From Roseovarius sp. (GTDB lineage: Bacteria > Pseudomonadota > Alphaproteobacteria > Rhodobacterales > Rhodobacteraceae): a stretch of DNA of 40,281 bases. The position numbers and the translations under genes are program-made. Under the pieces are notes generated by a model. That model saw only the letters and a list, made by a program, of their open reading frames with translations. It was not told the origin of the DNA and searched no databases. Shown one piece after another: positions 17,445-25,894 of the stretch (its first letter is position 1; every line of letters starts with the position of its first letter). The DNA is taken from assembly GCA_047920895.1 (NCBI GenBank), contig JBLRXE010000001.1:1-40281 (forward strand), read 5' to 3'.

Positions 17445-18470
17445 CTAGCCCGACACGACGACATCATCCAGGAACAAGCGAAAAAGCTCGCGTTCCGTGG
17501 TGATATCCAGCTTGGAATACAGCCGCCAGCGGTGGTTCTTGACCGTGCCGACCGAAATTTCGAGCCGCTTTGCAATGCTCGAATTTGGGAATCCCATGAG
17601 GGCAAGGCGAAAGATCTGCGCTTCGCGGGGCGTAAATCTATGACTTGCGCAAAAATGGGCCACGGCCTGATCGAAACTCGTGCTAATACGGTCGGGTGAC
17701 CGCCTTTCGATCGTGAAGACGACGCCATGGGGGGCCAGTTGCGATTCACCGTCTAGCAACTCCCAATGGATGAGATGGTCGTCGCCCATCGGCAGGCAGA
17801 TCTGCCCGCAGGCCTTTGAGTGCCTCGCCCGATCGAGGGTGTCGTGCCTGATATGACTGTGTGTCTTCCAGCCGTCACTCACGAAAATGGCCTGTCCCTT
17901 CGAATCAAGGACACAGATTGCGTTGACAAAAGGATCGCTAGCGCCGCTGGTACCGTTGCGCATGAACGTATGTTGCAGGTGGCTTTGGTGTAGCTGCACC
18001 ATCAGGGGAAGAAGCTGGTTGGCGTGTTCTCGCTGGCTTTCGTCGAAGGCCGTGCTGAGATGTTCGCAACAAACGGCGATCGTCAAGCCGCCCAAGGTTG
18101 GCAGCAGAAAGGCGATTTCATCATAGATGAAGGCGATCCTGAATATCTGTTCAAGGTAATCGTGTCCGGTTTCTCGAGGGCCGATCGTCGTGCGGAGGTG
18201 AACCACGCTCGCCTCGGGGCGCTGGTGCGACAGGGTGCGCAGTGGGTCCAGCCGATACAGTCCGGACGCGTAGGAGCGGACCGCGCTTTCGTCCATGCAG
18301 TTGTTGAACAGGAATCCTGGCCTTTCATAGGCCGAATATCGCATGACAAGCCGTTTCGAACATCCCAAGGAACAGGCCGCGAACTCGGACAGGGCATCGT
18401 AGAACCCAGGCGTTCCGAATGCCGCGATGGCGCGTGCAAGGGCGCGGTATTCTGCTGCCGTGCTGTTCAT
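17445..18470 (-). CDS. LuxR-family (C-terminal HTH) transcriptional regulator
   Basis: 'FTPREAQI..LALMGFPNSSIAKRLEISVGTVKNHRWRLYSKL'; N-terminal 'YRLDP' ligand-domain pattern. Start uncertain (18470 or 18500). Confidence 0.88.
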   Translation of the reverse strand: MNSTAAEYRALARAIAAFGTPGFYDALSEFAACSLGCSKRLVMRYSAYERPGFLFNNCMDESAVRSYASGLYRLDPLRTLSHQRPEASVVHLRTTIGPRETGHDYLEQIFRIAFIYDEIAFLLPTLGGLTIAVCCEHLSTAFDESQREHANQLLPLMVQLHQSHLQHTFMRNGTSGASDPFVNAICVLDSKGQAIFVSDGWKTHSHIRHDTLDRARHSKACGQICLPMGDDHLIHWELLDGESQLAPHGVVFTIERRSPDRISTSFDQAVAHFCASHRFTPREAQIFRLALMGFPNSSIAKRLEISVGTVKNHRWRLYSKLDITTERELFRLFLDDVVVSG

Positions 18471-18739
18471 GGCGTGCGTTCTGCTGTCCTTGTGTCCCAT
18501 GACGATGCGGCCGCCGTGTCGGGGCCCGTTCGTGTCGATGGGGCCATGGTAGCGCCCTGGGCCGATCACGTCGAGCTTCGGACGTCGTTGGGCCTGAAAA
18601 GCTGGGCCTACCGCGCACAGAATGTAACGATTTCTGTCCTGCCCGCGCAGTCCGGCATCCATGACCAAGGTCACCTTGCGGTCGAGGCACTGGCGGACGC
18701 ATAACGTAAGGATCAGATCGAGCGTTGGAAGGAACCGGG

Positions 18740-19522
18740 ATGATTGGTGTAGTCCAGAGTGAGGCGTCGGAACCCGACAAGGCGTCCAGCATCGCCCTGT
18801 TGGAGCGGATGGTGGCGGCTGCGAGCCAAGCCGGTGTGTCGATTCTGTGCTTTCCGGAACTTTTTCTCACTGGCTATCATGTCGATCACAGGCTTCACGA
18901 ACAGGCCGAGGCCCTGGATGGCCCCTCTGTGAGCCGGGTTCTGGAAATTGCGAAAAAGCATGGCGTCGGCGTAATCTTCGGCATGCCCGAGCGAGACGGC
19001 ACCCGTCTGTTTAATACCGCAGTCGCCGTGACACCGACCGGGCGCGTTGCTGGATCCTACAGGAAGATCCATCTTTTTGGTCCGCACGAAGCAGAGGTTT
19101 TCGAGCGCGGGACAGAGCATTGCGTAATCGATATGTGCGGTTTGCGAGTTGGTTTGGCTATTTGCTACGACATCGAATTTCCCGAGATGGCCCGGGAGCT
19201 TTGTCGGGCGGGGGCGCAGATGATCTGCGTCCCGACCGCCAACATGCAGCCTTTCGTCAGTGTTGCAACGACGCTGGTGCGTGCCAGGGCGCTCGAAAAC
19301 GGCACTCCGGTCCTCTATTCCAATTACTGCGGAAATACAGAGACCCTAGTCTTCACGGGCGGCAGTGGGATTGTCGCCTATGACGGAACCGACCGCGCCC
19401 GTGCTGGGGCTGTTGGGATGGGGCTAGTGACCTGTGCGCGGGACAGCTTGTTCCCGATCGGTCCAGAGGACGCGCTCCTGAGCACCCAGTTGCGGGATCT
19501 ACGGCTGGGTGACGGTGGATGA
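18740..19522 (+). CDS. Carbon-nitrogen hydrolase (nitrilase superfamily amidase)
   Basis: Catalytic triad contexts FPELF (E), YRKIHL (K), ICYD (C); 'ARALEN'. Confidence 0.92.
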   Translation: MIGVVQSEASEPDKASSIALLERMVAAASQAGVSILCFPELFLTGYHVDHRLHEQAEALDGPSVSRVLEIAKKHGVGVIFGMPERDGTRLFNTAVAVTPTGRVAGSYRKIHLFGPHEAEVFERGTEHCVIDMCGLRVGLAICYDIEFPEMARELCRAGAQMICVPTANMQPFVSVATTLVRARALENGTPVLYSNYCGNTETLVFTGGSGIVAYDGTDRARAGAVGMGLVTCARDSLFPIGPEDALLSTQLRDLRLGDGG

Positions 19523-19645
19523 GGGGCATGCGCCAGACAGGATGAGCGGGCCAGGCGTCTACGGGCGGAAAACCCACCCTATTGCAACCTGACTTCTGAA
19601 AGGGCGACGAAAGCGATCGTGATTAGATTTAGAAGCCATCAGCTT

Positions 19646-19666
19646 ACATCAACGCCACATCAACGC
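19646..19666 (+). repeat. Tandem direct repeat ACATCAACGC x2 (candidate integrase arm site)
   Basis: Copies at 19646-19655 and 19657-19666, 11-nt period, about 140 nt left of the tRNA fragment. Confidence 0.55.
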
Positions 19667-19803
19667 GCGAATGCTTGTTTCGCGTTGGCTTTGCTTGCGA
19701 ATGCGCATGAATGCAGCTGAATGTGCAGGACGGAGATTTTGGAAAACAAATACTTACCGGCTAAGCTCATGTATTTATTTGGTTTCATGAATCCTGCGGT
19801 TGT

Positions 19804-19851
19804 AGGCTCATAACCTGAAGGTCGTAGGTTCAAATCCTACTCCCGCAACCA
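19804..19851 (+). mobile_element. att site: 3' half of tRNA-Met(CAT), initiator-type; not an intact tRNA
   Basis: AGGCTCATAACCTGAAGGTCGTAGGTTCAAATCCTACTCCCGCAACCA: anticodon loop CTCATAA, T-arm GTAGG-TTCAAAT-CCTAC, CCA end; no D-arm or 5' acceptor strand upstream. Confidence 0.9.
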
Positions 19852-19915
19852 AATTATACAAATAAATCAGTCACTTAAAACCCGACAGATTTACTTGTGT
19901 ATAAGCATGTCCGAA

Positions 19916-19935
19916 TGAGTCAACACTGAGTCAAC
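19916..19935 (+). repeat. Tandem direct repeat TGAGTCAAC x2 (candidate integrase arm site)
   Basis: Copies at 19916-19924 and 19927-19935, 11-nt period, same TCAAC core as the repeat at 19646. Confidence 0.55.
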
Positions 19936-19943
19936 GTTTTGCA

Positions 19944-19977
19944 AGCCTGCCTGACATTCAGGCGGGCTGTTTGCTTT
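19944..19977 (+). terminator. Probable intrinsic terminator
   Basis: Stem AGCCTGCCTGA / TCAGGCGGGCT with 3-nt loop, followed by GTTTGCTTT. Confidence 0.55.
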
Positions 19978-20261
19978 GGTGCAGCTTCAGCAACTGCGCA
20001 GCATCCGTCTCAGTTGAAAGCATCAATCAGACCCTTTACTCAGCTCTGCCGCACCGAAGGGGTGCGAATCAAAGTCAACACCACGCTCAGTTTCACCGAT
20101 CGCCACCACCAGTTCCTGTCGGAGTAGGTGGGGCAGGGCGTGTTTGCAACGCAAAGCCCGTCCCCGCAGGCGCTAATCGTCATCGATGGGTGATCGTGCG
20201 TTGCTGTTGCTTTACAATCACATTATCCGAATGCCGAGGGTGATGCATGAGAGGTTCAGCA

Positions 20262-21206
20262 ATGTCAGGTAAATTCGTCATTTCGCTGGATTTCGAGTTG
20301 CTTTGGGGCGTTCGTGATCATGCAGATAGGGATACGTATGGCAAAAATGTGCTCGGTGCTCGGGATGCCGTGCCAAAGATGCTGGAGCTTTTTGCTGAGA
20401 ATGAAATCAGCGCAACGTGGGCGACCGTTGGTTTTCTGTTTTGTGAAAGCAAAGAGGAGTTGATGGCCTCGCTTCCCAGCGAGCTTCCAGCCTATTCTAA
20501 CCCCCGTCTGTCAAATTTTTCCTATCTTGACGAAATCGGCAAAGATGAGCGCGCCGACCCCTATTATTTTGCGCCATCACTGATCTCAGCGATCCATCAG
20601 ACACCAGGTCAGGAAATCGGGACGCACACGCTATCTCACTTCTACTGCCTTGAGGATGGACAAACAGTTTCAGCCTTTGAGGCGGATATTATAGCGGCCA
20701 AAAAGCTCGCTGACGCGCGCGGTATCGAACTGCGGTCGATCGTGTTCCCGCGGAACCAGTTTGCAGCGGAGCATCTGACAATCTGCGCCAAGCATGGGAT
20801 CACCCATTACCGGGGAAACCCCAGCCCTTGGGCATACCAGGCGGCGAAGGGTGCAGAGCAGACCTCGATGCGTCGCGCCCTCAGATTGCTTGATGCCTAT
20901 TCTGGGGTGCTGGGGTCACAAGCCTTTGAGGCAGATAACGTTCAACCAAAGAATGTTGCTGCCAGTCGTTTCTTGCGGCCTTGCGCTGGCCGTTTGGCAG
21001 CGTTTCACCCTTTGCATGTAGCTACGATCAAGCGTGGCATGACAGCCGCCGCGCGGAACGGGAGAGGCTATCATCTGTGGTGGCACCCGCATAATTTTGG
21101 GCAGAACCTTGAGGCAAACCTAGATGGTCTCGGCCAAGTCATCAGGCATTTTGCAACGCTACATGACCGCTTCGGCATGCAATCTCTTGCAATGGGAGAA
21201 TTCTGA
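20262..21206 (+). CDS. Polysaccharide deacetylase family protein (CE4)
   Basis: 'ISLDFELLWG', 'ATWATVG', 'EIGTHTLSH', 'FPRN', 'HLWWHPHNF'; ATG 20262 after GAGG. Confidence 0.88.
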   Translation: MSGKFVISLDFELLWGVRDHADRDTYGKNVLGARDAVPKMLELFAENEISATWATVGFLFCESKEELMASLPSELPAYSNPRLSNFSYLDEIGKDERADPYYFAPSLISAIHQTPGQEIGTHTLSHFYCLEDGQTVSAFEADIIAAKKLADARGIELRSIVFPRNQFAAEHLTICAKHGITHYRGNPSPWAYQAAKGAEQTSMRRALRLLDAYSGVLGSQAFEADNVQPKNVAASRFLRPCAGRLAAFHPLHVATIKRGMTAAARNGRGYHLWWHPHNFGQNLEANLDGLGQVIRHFATLHDRFGMQSLAMGEF

Positions 21207-22198
21207 TGAGTGGGCCTGTCATTTCTATCGAGCCGCTGAGTGACGAGCTCATGAACGCATATTTGGCATCCGGCATGGAACGCGGAAAATCAGGTCGGTT
21301 CGCGGTTGATTGGGCTTTTGGGAACAACCCCGCTCCGTTTGCCGTCGCAAGGAACGATGGTCAGATCGTTGGTATGTCAGGATACATACAATCCCGCATG
21401 CAGTTTGGGCCGGAAACCGGCGTCGCGTTTCAGGCTGTGGATTCATTCGTGTCAGAGAGTATGCGCGGCAAAGGTATCTTCACTCAATTGGCCCGCGCCT
21501 ATGATGCGCATGCCGCCAGTTCGGGCGGCGACCTCGTCTGGGGGTTTCCCAATGACAACGCCGCACCGGCCTGGTTTGGCAAGCTTGGCTGGCACCGTCA
21601 CGGACAGGTTCCCTTTTTGATCAAGCCGCTCCGCGCTGGTTATTTTTGCCGTAAATTCCGCCTGCCGCTCGACTTCCCACTGACCCGCGCACGTGACCAA
21701 AACCTGCCTCACGTCACCGAGATTGGAAAGTGGGGCGATGTACTTTGGGATTCCGTTACGCCAGCTGTTGGGGTGGGCACGGTTCGTGACAGAGCGTTTC
21801 TGAACCATCGCCTCTTTGGTGGCCCACAAGCCGAGCAGTATAGGGTCGTGGCGTCTCCTGATCAAAGTACACCGGCCATCTTTGCAACGCGAGAAGCGGA
21901 AAAGCACGGAGGCCGGATCGCCTATGTGATGGAGGCGTTGGGTGGGTCGTCTCTCGAACCCTTGGTGATGTCGGAACTGGGACGCCTTGCATCGCGAGGT
22001 GTCGAACTGGCGCTGGCCTGGTCGTTTCCGTGGTCTCCAAACTATCGTACTTTGCGCAAGGCGGGCTTCATGCCTTTGCCTGAACGCCTACGCCCTATCC
22101 AAATCTGCTTCGGCAGCAGACCGAAGTCGGGCCTGGCTGCGCCTGCCGACCAGCAAGGCCAATGGTATCTTAGCTATCTCGACAGCGATACTGTCTGA
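21206..22198 (+). CDS. GNAT-family N-acetyltransferase
   Basis: Acetyl-CoA loop 'MRGKGIF', 'WGFPNDNA'; start overlaps the previous stop. Confidence 0.82.
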   Translation: MSGPVISIEPLSDELMNAYLASGMERGKSGRFAVDWAFGNNPAPFAVARNDGQIVGMSGYIQSRMQFGPETGVAFQAVDSFVSESMRGKGIFTQLARAYDAHAASSGGDLVWGFPNDNAAPAWFGKLGWHRHGQVPFLIKPLRAGYFCRKFRLPLDFPLTRARDQNLPHVTEIGKWGDVLWDSVTPAVGVGTVRDRAFLNHRLFGGPQAEQYRVVASPDQSTPAIFATREAEKHGGRIAYVMEALGGSSLEPLVMSELGRLASRGVELALAWSFPWSPNYRTLRKAGFMPLPERLRPIQICFGSRPKSGLAAPADQQGQWYLSYLDSDTV

Positions 22199-22260
22199 CC
22201 ATTGCGAATTTCTCACCCCCCGACGACGGGTACACCTATGCGCTTCGAAAAGGCGACCAC

Positions 22261-23382
22261 ATGCACATTTTGATGACGGTGAACGCCGCTTGGAATATCT
22301 GGAATTTTCGACGGTCGTTGGTCGAGGCGCTCCTGGCTAACGGGCACAGCGTCACGGTTCTGGCACCGCCAGACGATTCTGTGCCCGACCTTGAACGGAT
22401 CGGCTGTCGTTTTCGTCCGCTGGAGATGAACGTGAAAGGCCTGAACCCGGTTGAGGACCTTAAACTGCAGCGCAGGCTGAAGCGGATCTTCCGAGATGAC
22501 AGACCCGACGCCATCCTGAGCTTTACGATCAAGAACAACATCTTCGGGGCCTGGGCTGCACGCTCGGCCGGTGTGCCCTTCGTTCCGAACGTGACAGGGC
22601 TGGGCACCGCCTTCCTGTCAGGTGGGTTGTTGCAGACCATCGCAGAGCAGCTCTATCGTCGCGCCTTTGGCAAATTGCCCGTTGTCTTCTTCCAGAACGA
22701 AGACGACCGCGGCCTGTTTCTTGACCGCAAGCTTGTGCGCAAGGAACAGGCGCGTTTGTTGCCTGGATCCGGCATTGATCTTGTCCACTTTGCCCAGGCG
22801 GAGATGCCGTCTGCAGACGCGCCGCCCGTGTTCCTGATGATTGCCCGGCTGCTGCGCGACAAGGGCGTGAACGAATTCGTAGAGGCCGCACGGCAAATCA
22901 AGGCGCGCCATCCGGAGGCCCGATTCCAGCTGCTGGGGGCAACCGACTCAGAAAACCGCACTGCGATCGACACTGCGACCGTGGAGGCCTGGGTGGCCGA
23001 GGGCGTGGTGGAGTATCTCGGGACTACCAGTGACGTGCGTCCGGCGATTGCCGCTGCCTCCTGTGTCGTGCTGCCCTCCTATCGCGAAGGTGCGCCGCGC
23101 ACGCTGATCGAGGCGGCCACCATGGCACGGCCACTGATTGCGACCGACGTACCTGGCTGTCGTGCCGTGGTCGATCACGACGTGTCAGGTTTTCTCTGCG
23201 AAGTGCGCAGCGCTGCCAGCCTGGCCACCGCGATGGAGAGCTTTCTTGCGCTATCGCCGGAAGCCCGCACTGAGATGGGAAAAGCCGGACGCGCAAAGAT
23301 GGAGCACGAATACGATCAGGCGTTGGTCGTGGCGGCCTACCGCGAGGCCCTCGCGGTCCTCACCAGCAAAGGGTGGAGTTAA
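22261..23382 (+). CDS. Glycosyltransferase family 4 (CapM/PglA-like)
   Basis: 'NFRRSL', 'TGLG', 'FQNEDD', 'ARLLRDKG', 'LPSYREG.PR.L.EA', 'TDVPGC'. Confidence 0.93.
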   Translation: MHILMTVNAAWNIWNFRRSLVEALLANGHSVTVLAPPDDSVPDLERIGCRFRPLEMNVKGLNPVEDLKLQRRLKRIFRDDRPDAILSFTIKNNIFGAWAARSAGVPFVPNVTGLGTAFLSGGLLQTIAEQLYRRAFGKLPVVFFQNEDDRGLFLDRKLVRKEQARLLPGSGIDLVHFAQAEMPSADAPPVFLMIARLLRDKGVNEFVEAARQIKARHPEARFQLLGATDSENRTAIDTATVEAWVAEGVVEYLGTTSDVRPAIAAASCVVLPSYREGAPRTLIEAATMARPLIATDVPGCRAVVDHDVSGFLCEVRSAASLATAMESFLALSPEARTEMGKAGRAKMEHEYDQALVVAAYREALAVLTSKGWS

Positions 23383-23387
23383 CCGCA

Positions 23388-24170
23388 ATGGACACGGTCT
23401 TTTTCATCGCATCAAAGCTGATCGGTGCACTCCTGCGGCCAGACACTTGGATTGTCATTGCGCTGGCAAGCATCGTGCTTGCGCTGATCCTGCAACGCAG
23501 GCGTATGGCAATCTGGATCAGCAGTATCACGCTGGGACTGCTCGTCGCCCTAAGCGCTCTGCCCCTCGGTGATCTTCTTTTGCAACCTATTGAGCGGCAC
23601 TATCCGGCCAACCCAAGTCTTGACGCTGTCAATGGCATCATCGTGCTTGGCGGCGGTGAGGACGCCCGTGCCAGCGCTTATTGGGACCAGGTACAACTCA
23701 ACGAAGGCGCTGAGCGCTACACGGCCGCCCTCGCTCTCGCGCGGCGGTTTCCCGAGGCGCAGGTACTATTCACTGGTGGCAGCGGCGCGCTCCGTGACGT
23801 CGCCGGTGCCACCACCTCGGAGGCCTCGATTGCCGAGCGGTTCTTTCTCGAACAGGGCATTGTGTTAGATCGCCTACTGCTCGAAGGCCAATCGCGCAAC
23901 ACCGCTGAAAACGCCCGTCTCAGCCTGACACTTGCTAAACCCGCCGCCGGTGAAACTTGGGTGTTGGTCACCAGTGCCTTTCACATGCCGCGCGCCATGC
24001 GCAGTTTTGAAGCCGCTGGCTGGGAAGGCATTGTGGCCTGGCCCGTCGATTATCGCACGTCAGGGTTCGGCGACGGCATCGGCTGGGATCTCACGCATAA
24101 CTTGTCTGTGCTGAACACCTCAATCCGCGAGCATGTTGGGCAGCTCGCCTATCGCCTGACCGGGCGCTGA
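23388..24170 (+). CDS. YdcF/ElyC-like DUF218 membrane protein
   Basis: N-terminal transmembrane helices; 'IIVLGGG', 'FTGG', 'SRNTAENA', 'LVTSAFHMPRA'. Confidence 0.9.
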   Translation: MDTVFFIASKLIGALLRPDTWIVIALASIVLALILQRRRMAIWISSITLGLLVALSALPLGDLLLQPIERHYPANPSLDAVNGIIVLGGGEDARASAYWDQVQLNEGAERYTAALALARRFPEAQVLFTGGSGALRDVAGATTSEASIAERFFLEQGIVLDRLLLEGQSRNTAENARLSLTLAKPAAGETWVLVTSAFHMPRAMRSFEAAGWEGIVAWPVDYRTSGFGDGIGWDLTHNLSVLNTSIREHVGQLAYRLTGR

Positions 24171-24226
24171 CTTCCGCATCATACAGCCCGCAGTCGGCTG
24201 GCTGTTGCGGCAACAGGAAGGCCCGC

Positions 24227-24526
24227 CTACGCCACATCCAATGTTGGAACTTGGCTGACGTCGATTTCTCGCTCGGCATGCCACGCATCATAGGCACCCT
24301 GCATTCGGATCCAGAATAATGATCCATTTCCGAAGAGCTTTCCCAGTCGAGCTGCGACGGGCGCGCTGACGGGCTTCTTTTCATTTACAATGTCATAGAA
24401 ATGCTGCCGAGAAATGCCGAGCATCTTAGCAAGCTGCGTTTTGCTGTGCTCCATGCTCGGCAAGATATCGTCCCGCAGCAATTCACCTGGATGTGTAGGG
24501 CAGCGTTTGTGATCTCTCGAGATCAT
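24227..24526 (-). CDS. higA: HigA-family antitoxin (XRE HTH)
   Basis: 'PTHPGELLR', HTH 'LAKMLGISRQ', 'FWIRMQGAYD'; lies downstream of the toxin gene. Confidence 0.9.
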   Translation of the reverse strand: MISRDHKRCPTHPGELLRDDILPSMEHSKTQLAKMLGISRQHFYDIVNEKKPVSAPVAARLGKLFGNGSLFWIRMQGAYDAWHAEREIDVSQVPTLDVA

Positions 24527-24538
24527 CTTTCGTCCTCC

Positions 24539-24814
24539 TCAATGATATTGCTCGAAGTCGACACGGTAGGCATCCCCGGCGTCAAATTCGAATGTGATGG
24601 ACCATGGCCCGTTTACATGGATCGTGTAGCGTTTGGGGTTGAACCCAAGTAGTCCGTGAAAGTTGAACCCCGGCAAGTTAACATCCTCTGCAACAGAGGC
24701 CGCATCCAAGGCGTCCAGCCTTCGAAGAAGGCGCTTCTGGAAACGGGCATCAATCTTGGACCTTCCGCCCTCCCACAGGTTCTGCAGTTCTCTGTTTCTA
24801 AACGACTTGATCAT
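24539..24814 (-). CDS. higB: HigB-like (RelE/ParE superfamily) toxin
   Basis: 'MIKSFRN', 'LPGFNFHGLLG', 'IHVNGPWSITFEF', C-terminal 'EQYH'; toxin-first gene order. Confidence 0.9.
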   Translation of the reverse strand: MIKSFRNRELQNLWEGGRSKIDARFQKRLLRRLDALDAASVAEDVNLPGFNFHGLLGFNPKRYTIHVNGPWSITFEFDAGDAYRVDFEQYH

Positions 24815-24821
24815 GTCTCCA

Positions 24822-24840
24822 TGTAAGCTAACAGCTGACA
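24822..24840. promoter_or_regulatory. Inverted repeat upstream of higB, candidate HigA operator
   Basis: TGTAAGCT-aac-AGCTGACA (7/8 dyad), 7 nt before the start codon. Confidence 0.5.
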
Positions 24841-24967
24841 AATTGCAAGATGCCTCAGGTCGCGTTGCCGCTCATGTATGACCCAGTGGGACATGCATGG
24901 CATCGCAGCCCTGCGCTCAAGCCATGTAGCGCCTGGATCCTGCAAGCCCGTCGTGCGACCAAGCTCT

Positions 24968-25894
24968 CTAACTGCAGCTGTTTTTCGATGTGCCAGGTTG
25001 TCTTCTAGCTACACCGCGCGCAGTTGGCTGCCCACCGTCGCGGGTCGCATAGCGCAGGATCGTGTCCTGCCCCGGAATATGCGGAAAGCCGCGGAAATTG
25101 GCGCTGTTGGCGAACTTCGCGCCACAGGTCTCGATCCGCTTGTCGCAGCCTGCGCGGGCGGTGAAGGTGTCGCCGGTCGCGATTGGCCAGACAGGTGCCT
25201 CGAGCAAGGTCAGAATGGCAATGCCGTCCGTGACATCATGTGACAGGACCTCGATCCTGCGCCCCGCATTCTCACCGCTGCCCCAAACCAGCGTCCCGAA
25301 CGCAAACCATCCAGGATCAAACGCGCCAAGCCCCGCCGCCCGAAACACCCGGTCGCGCAGTGGCGCCAGTACAGCACCGCTGCCCGTGAAGGTGGGGGCA
25401 TTGAGATTGACCCGGCAGCGCGCGTCGCCGAGATCGGCATCGCAACTGCTCTGGAACATCCGCCCGACGGTCTGGCCCAGAATATGGGCAAGGCTGCGGA
25501 TCTCGGCGATGAAGGCAGTCTGGCCCCGCCGTATCTCGCCAATGGCCCCCTGCCGCATCAGCACCCGCTGGTCGGGATCAGCCCAGTTGACCCGCCAGAC
25601 CTCAACTTCAGCCGCGTCCCAGAGCCCGGCCAGAATGTCGGTCTCGGTAATGCGATCGGAGGTCAACGCACCTTCTGCGTCCTGCGCGTCGACCGATAGA
25701 TCAGACCCGGTGCGGATCTCGGAGGCGGTCAGACCGCTTTCGGGCTCGAACGTGGTGCTGTCAAACGCGAGCACCTGGTCATGATCGGTGAAGCCAAAAT
25801 GCACGCCATCGGACCGGGTCAGCCGCCAGCACCAGGCCAGCGTCGTGGTGGCGCTATCGAGATGCGCCTGCAGGTCGGGGGAAAGGCGCTTCAT
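24968..25894 (-). CDS. DUF2163/BR0599-family baseplate hub protein (GTA g13-like)
   Basis: 'TTLAWCWRLTRSDG..FGFTDHD', 'CDADLGDARC', 'AGCDKR..TC..KF.N..NFRGFPHIPG'; final ~20 aa look non-homologous. Confidence 0.9.
   Translation of the reverse strand: MKRLSPDLQAHLDSATTTLAWCWRLTRSDGVHFGFTDHDQVLAFDSTTFEPESGLTASEIRTGSDLSVDAQDAEGALTSDRITETDILAGLWDAAEVEVWRVNWADPDQRVLMRQGAIGEIRRGQTAFIAEIRSLAHILGQTVGRMFQSSCDADLGDARCRVNLNAPTFTGSGAVLAPLRDRVFRAAGLGAFDPGWFAFGTLVWGSGENAGRRIEVLSHDVTDGIAILTLLEAPVWPIATGDTFTARAGCDKRIETCGAKFANSANFRGFPHIPGQDTILRYATRDGGQPTARGVARRQPGTSKNSCS

Noticed and set aside
18024-18704. 226-aa plus-strand ORF and the long N-terminal extension of the LuxR ORF to 18674
   Set aside because: Mostly antisense to the LuxR gene with no recognisable motif; treated as shadow ORFs of GC-rich DNA.
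19780-19851. Intact tRNA-Met gene
   Set aside because: Only the anticodon loop to CCA is present; upstream sequence cannot form a D-arm or pair with the acceptor 3' strand.
19939-20243. Short ORFs right of the att site
   Set aside because: Non-ATG starts, no RBS, no motif, and overlap with the terminator hairpin.
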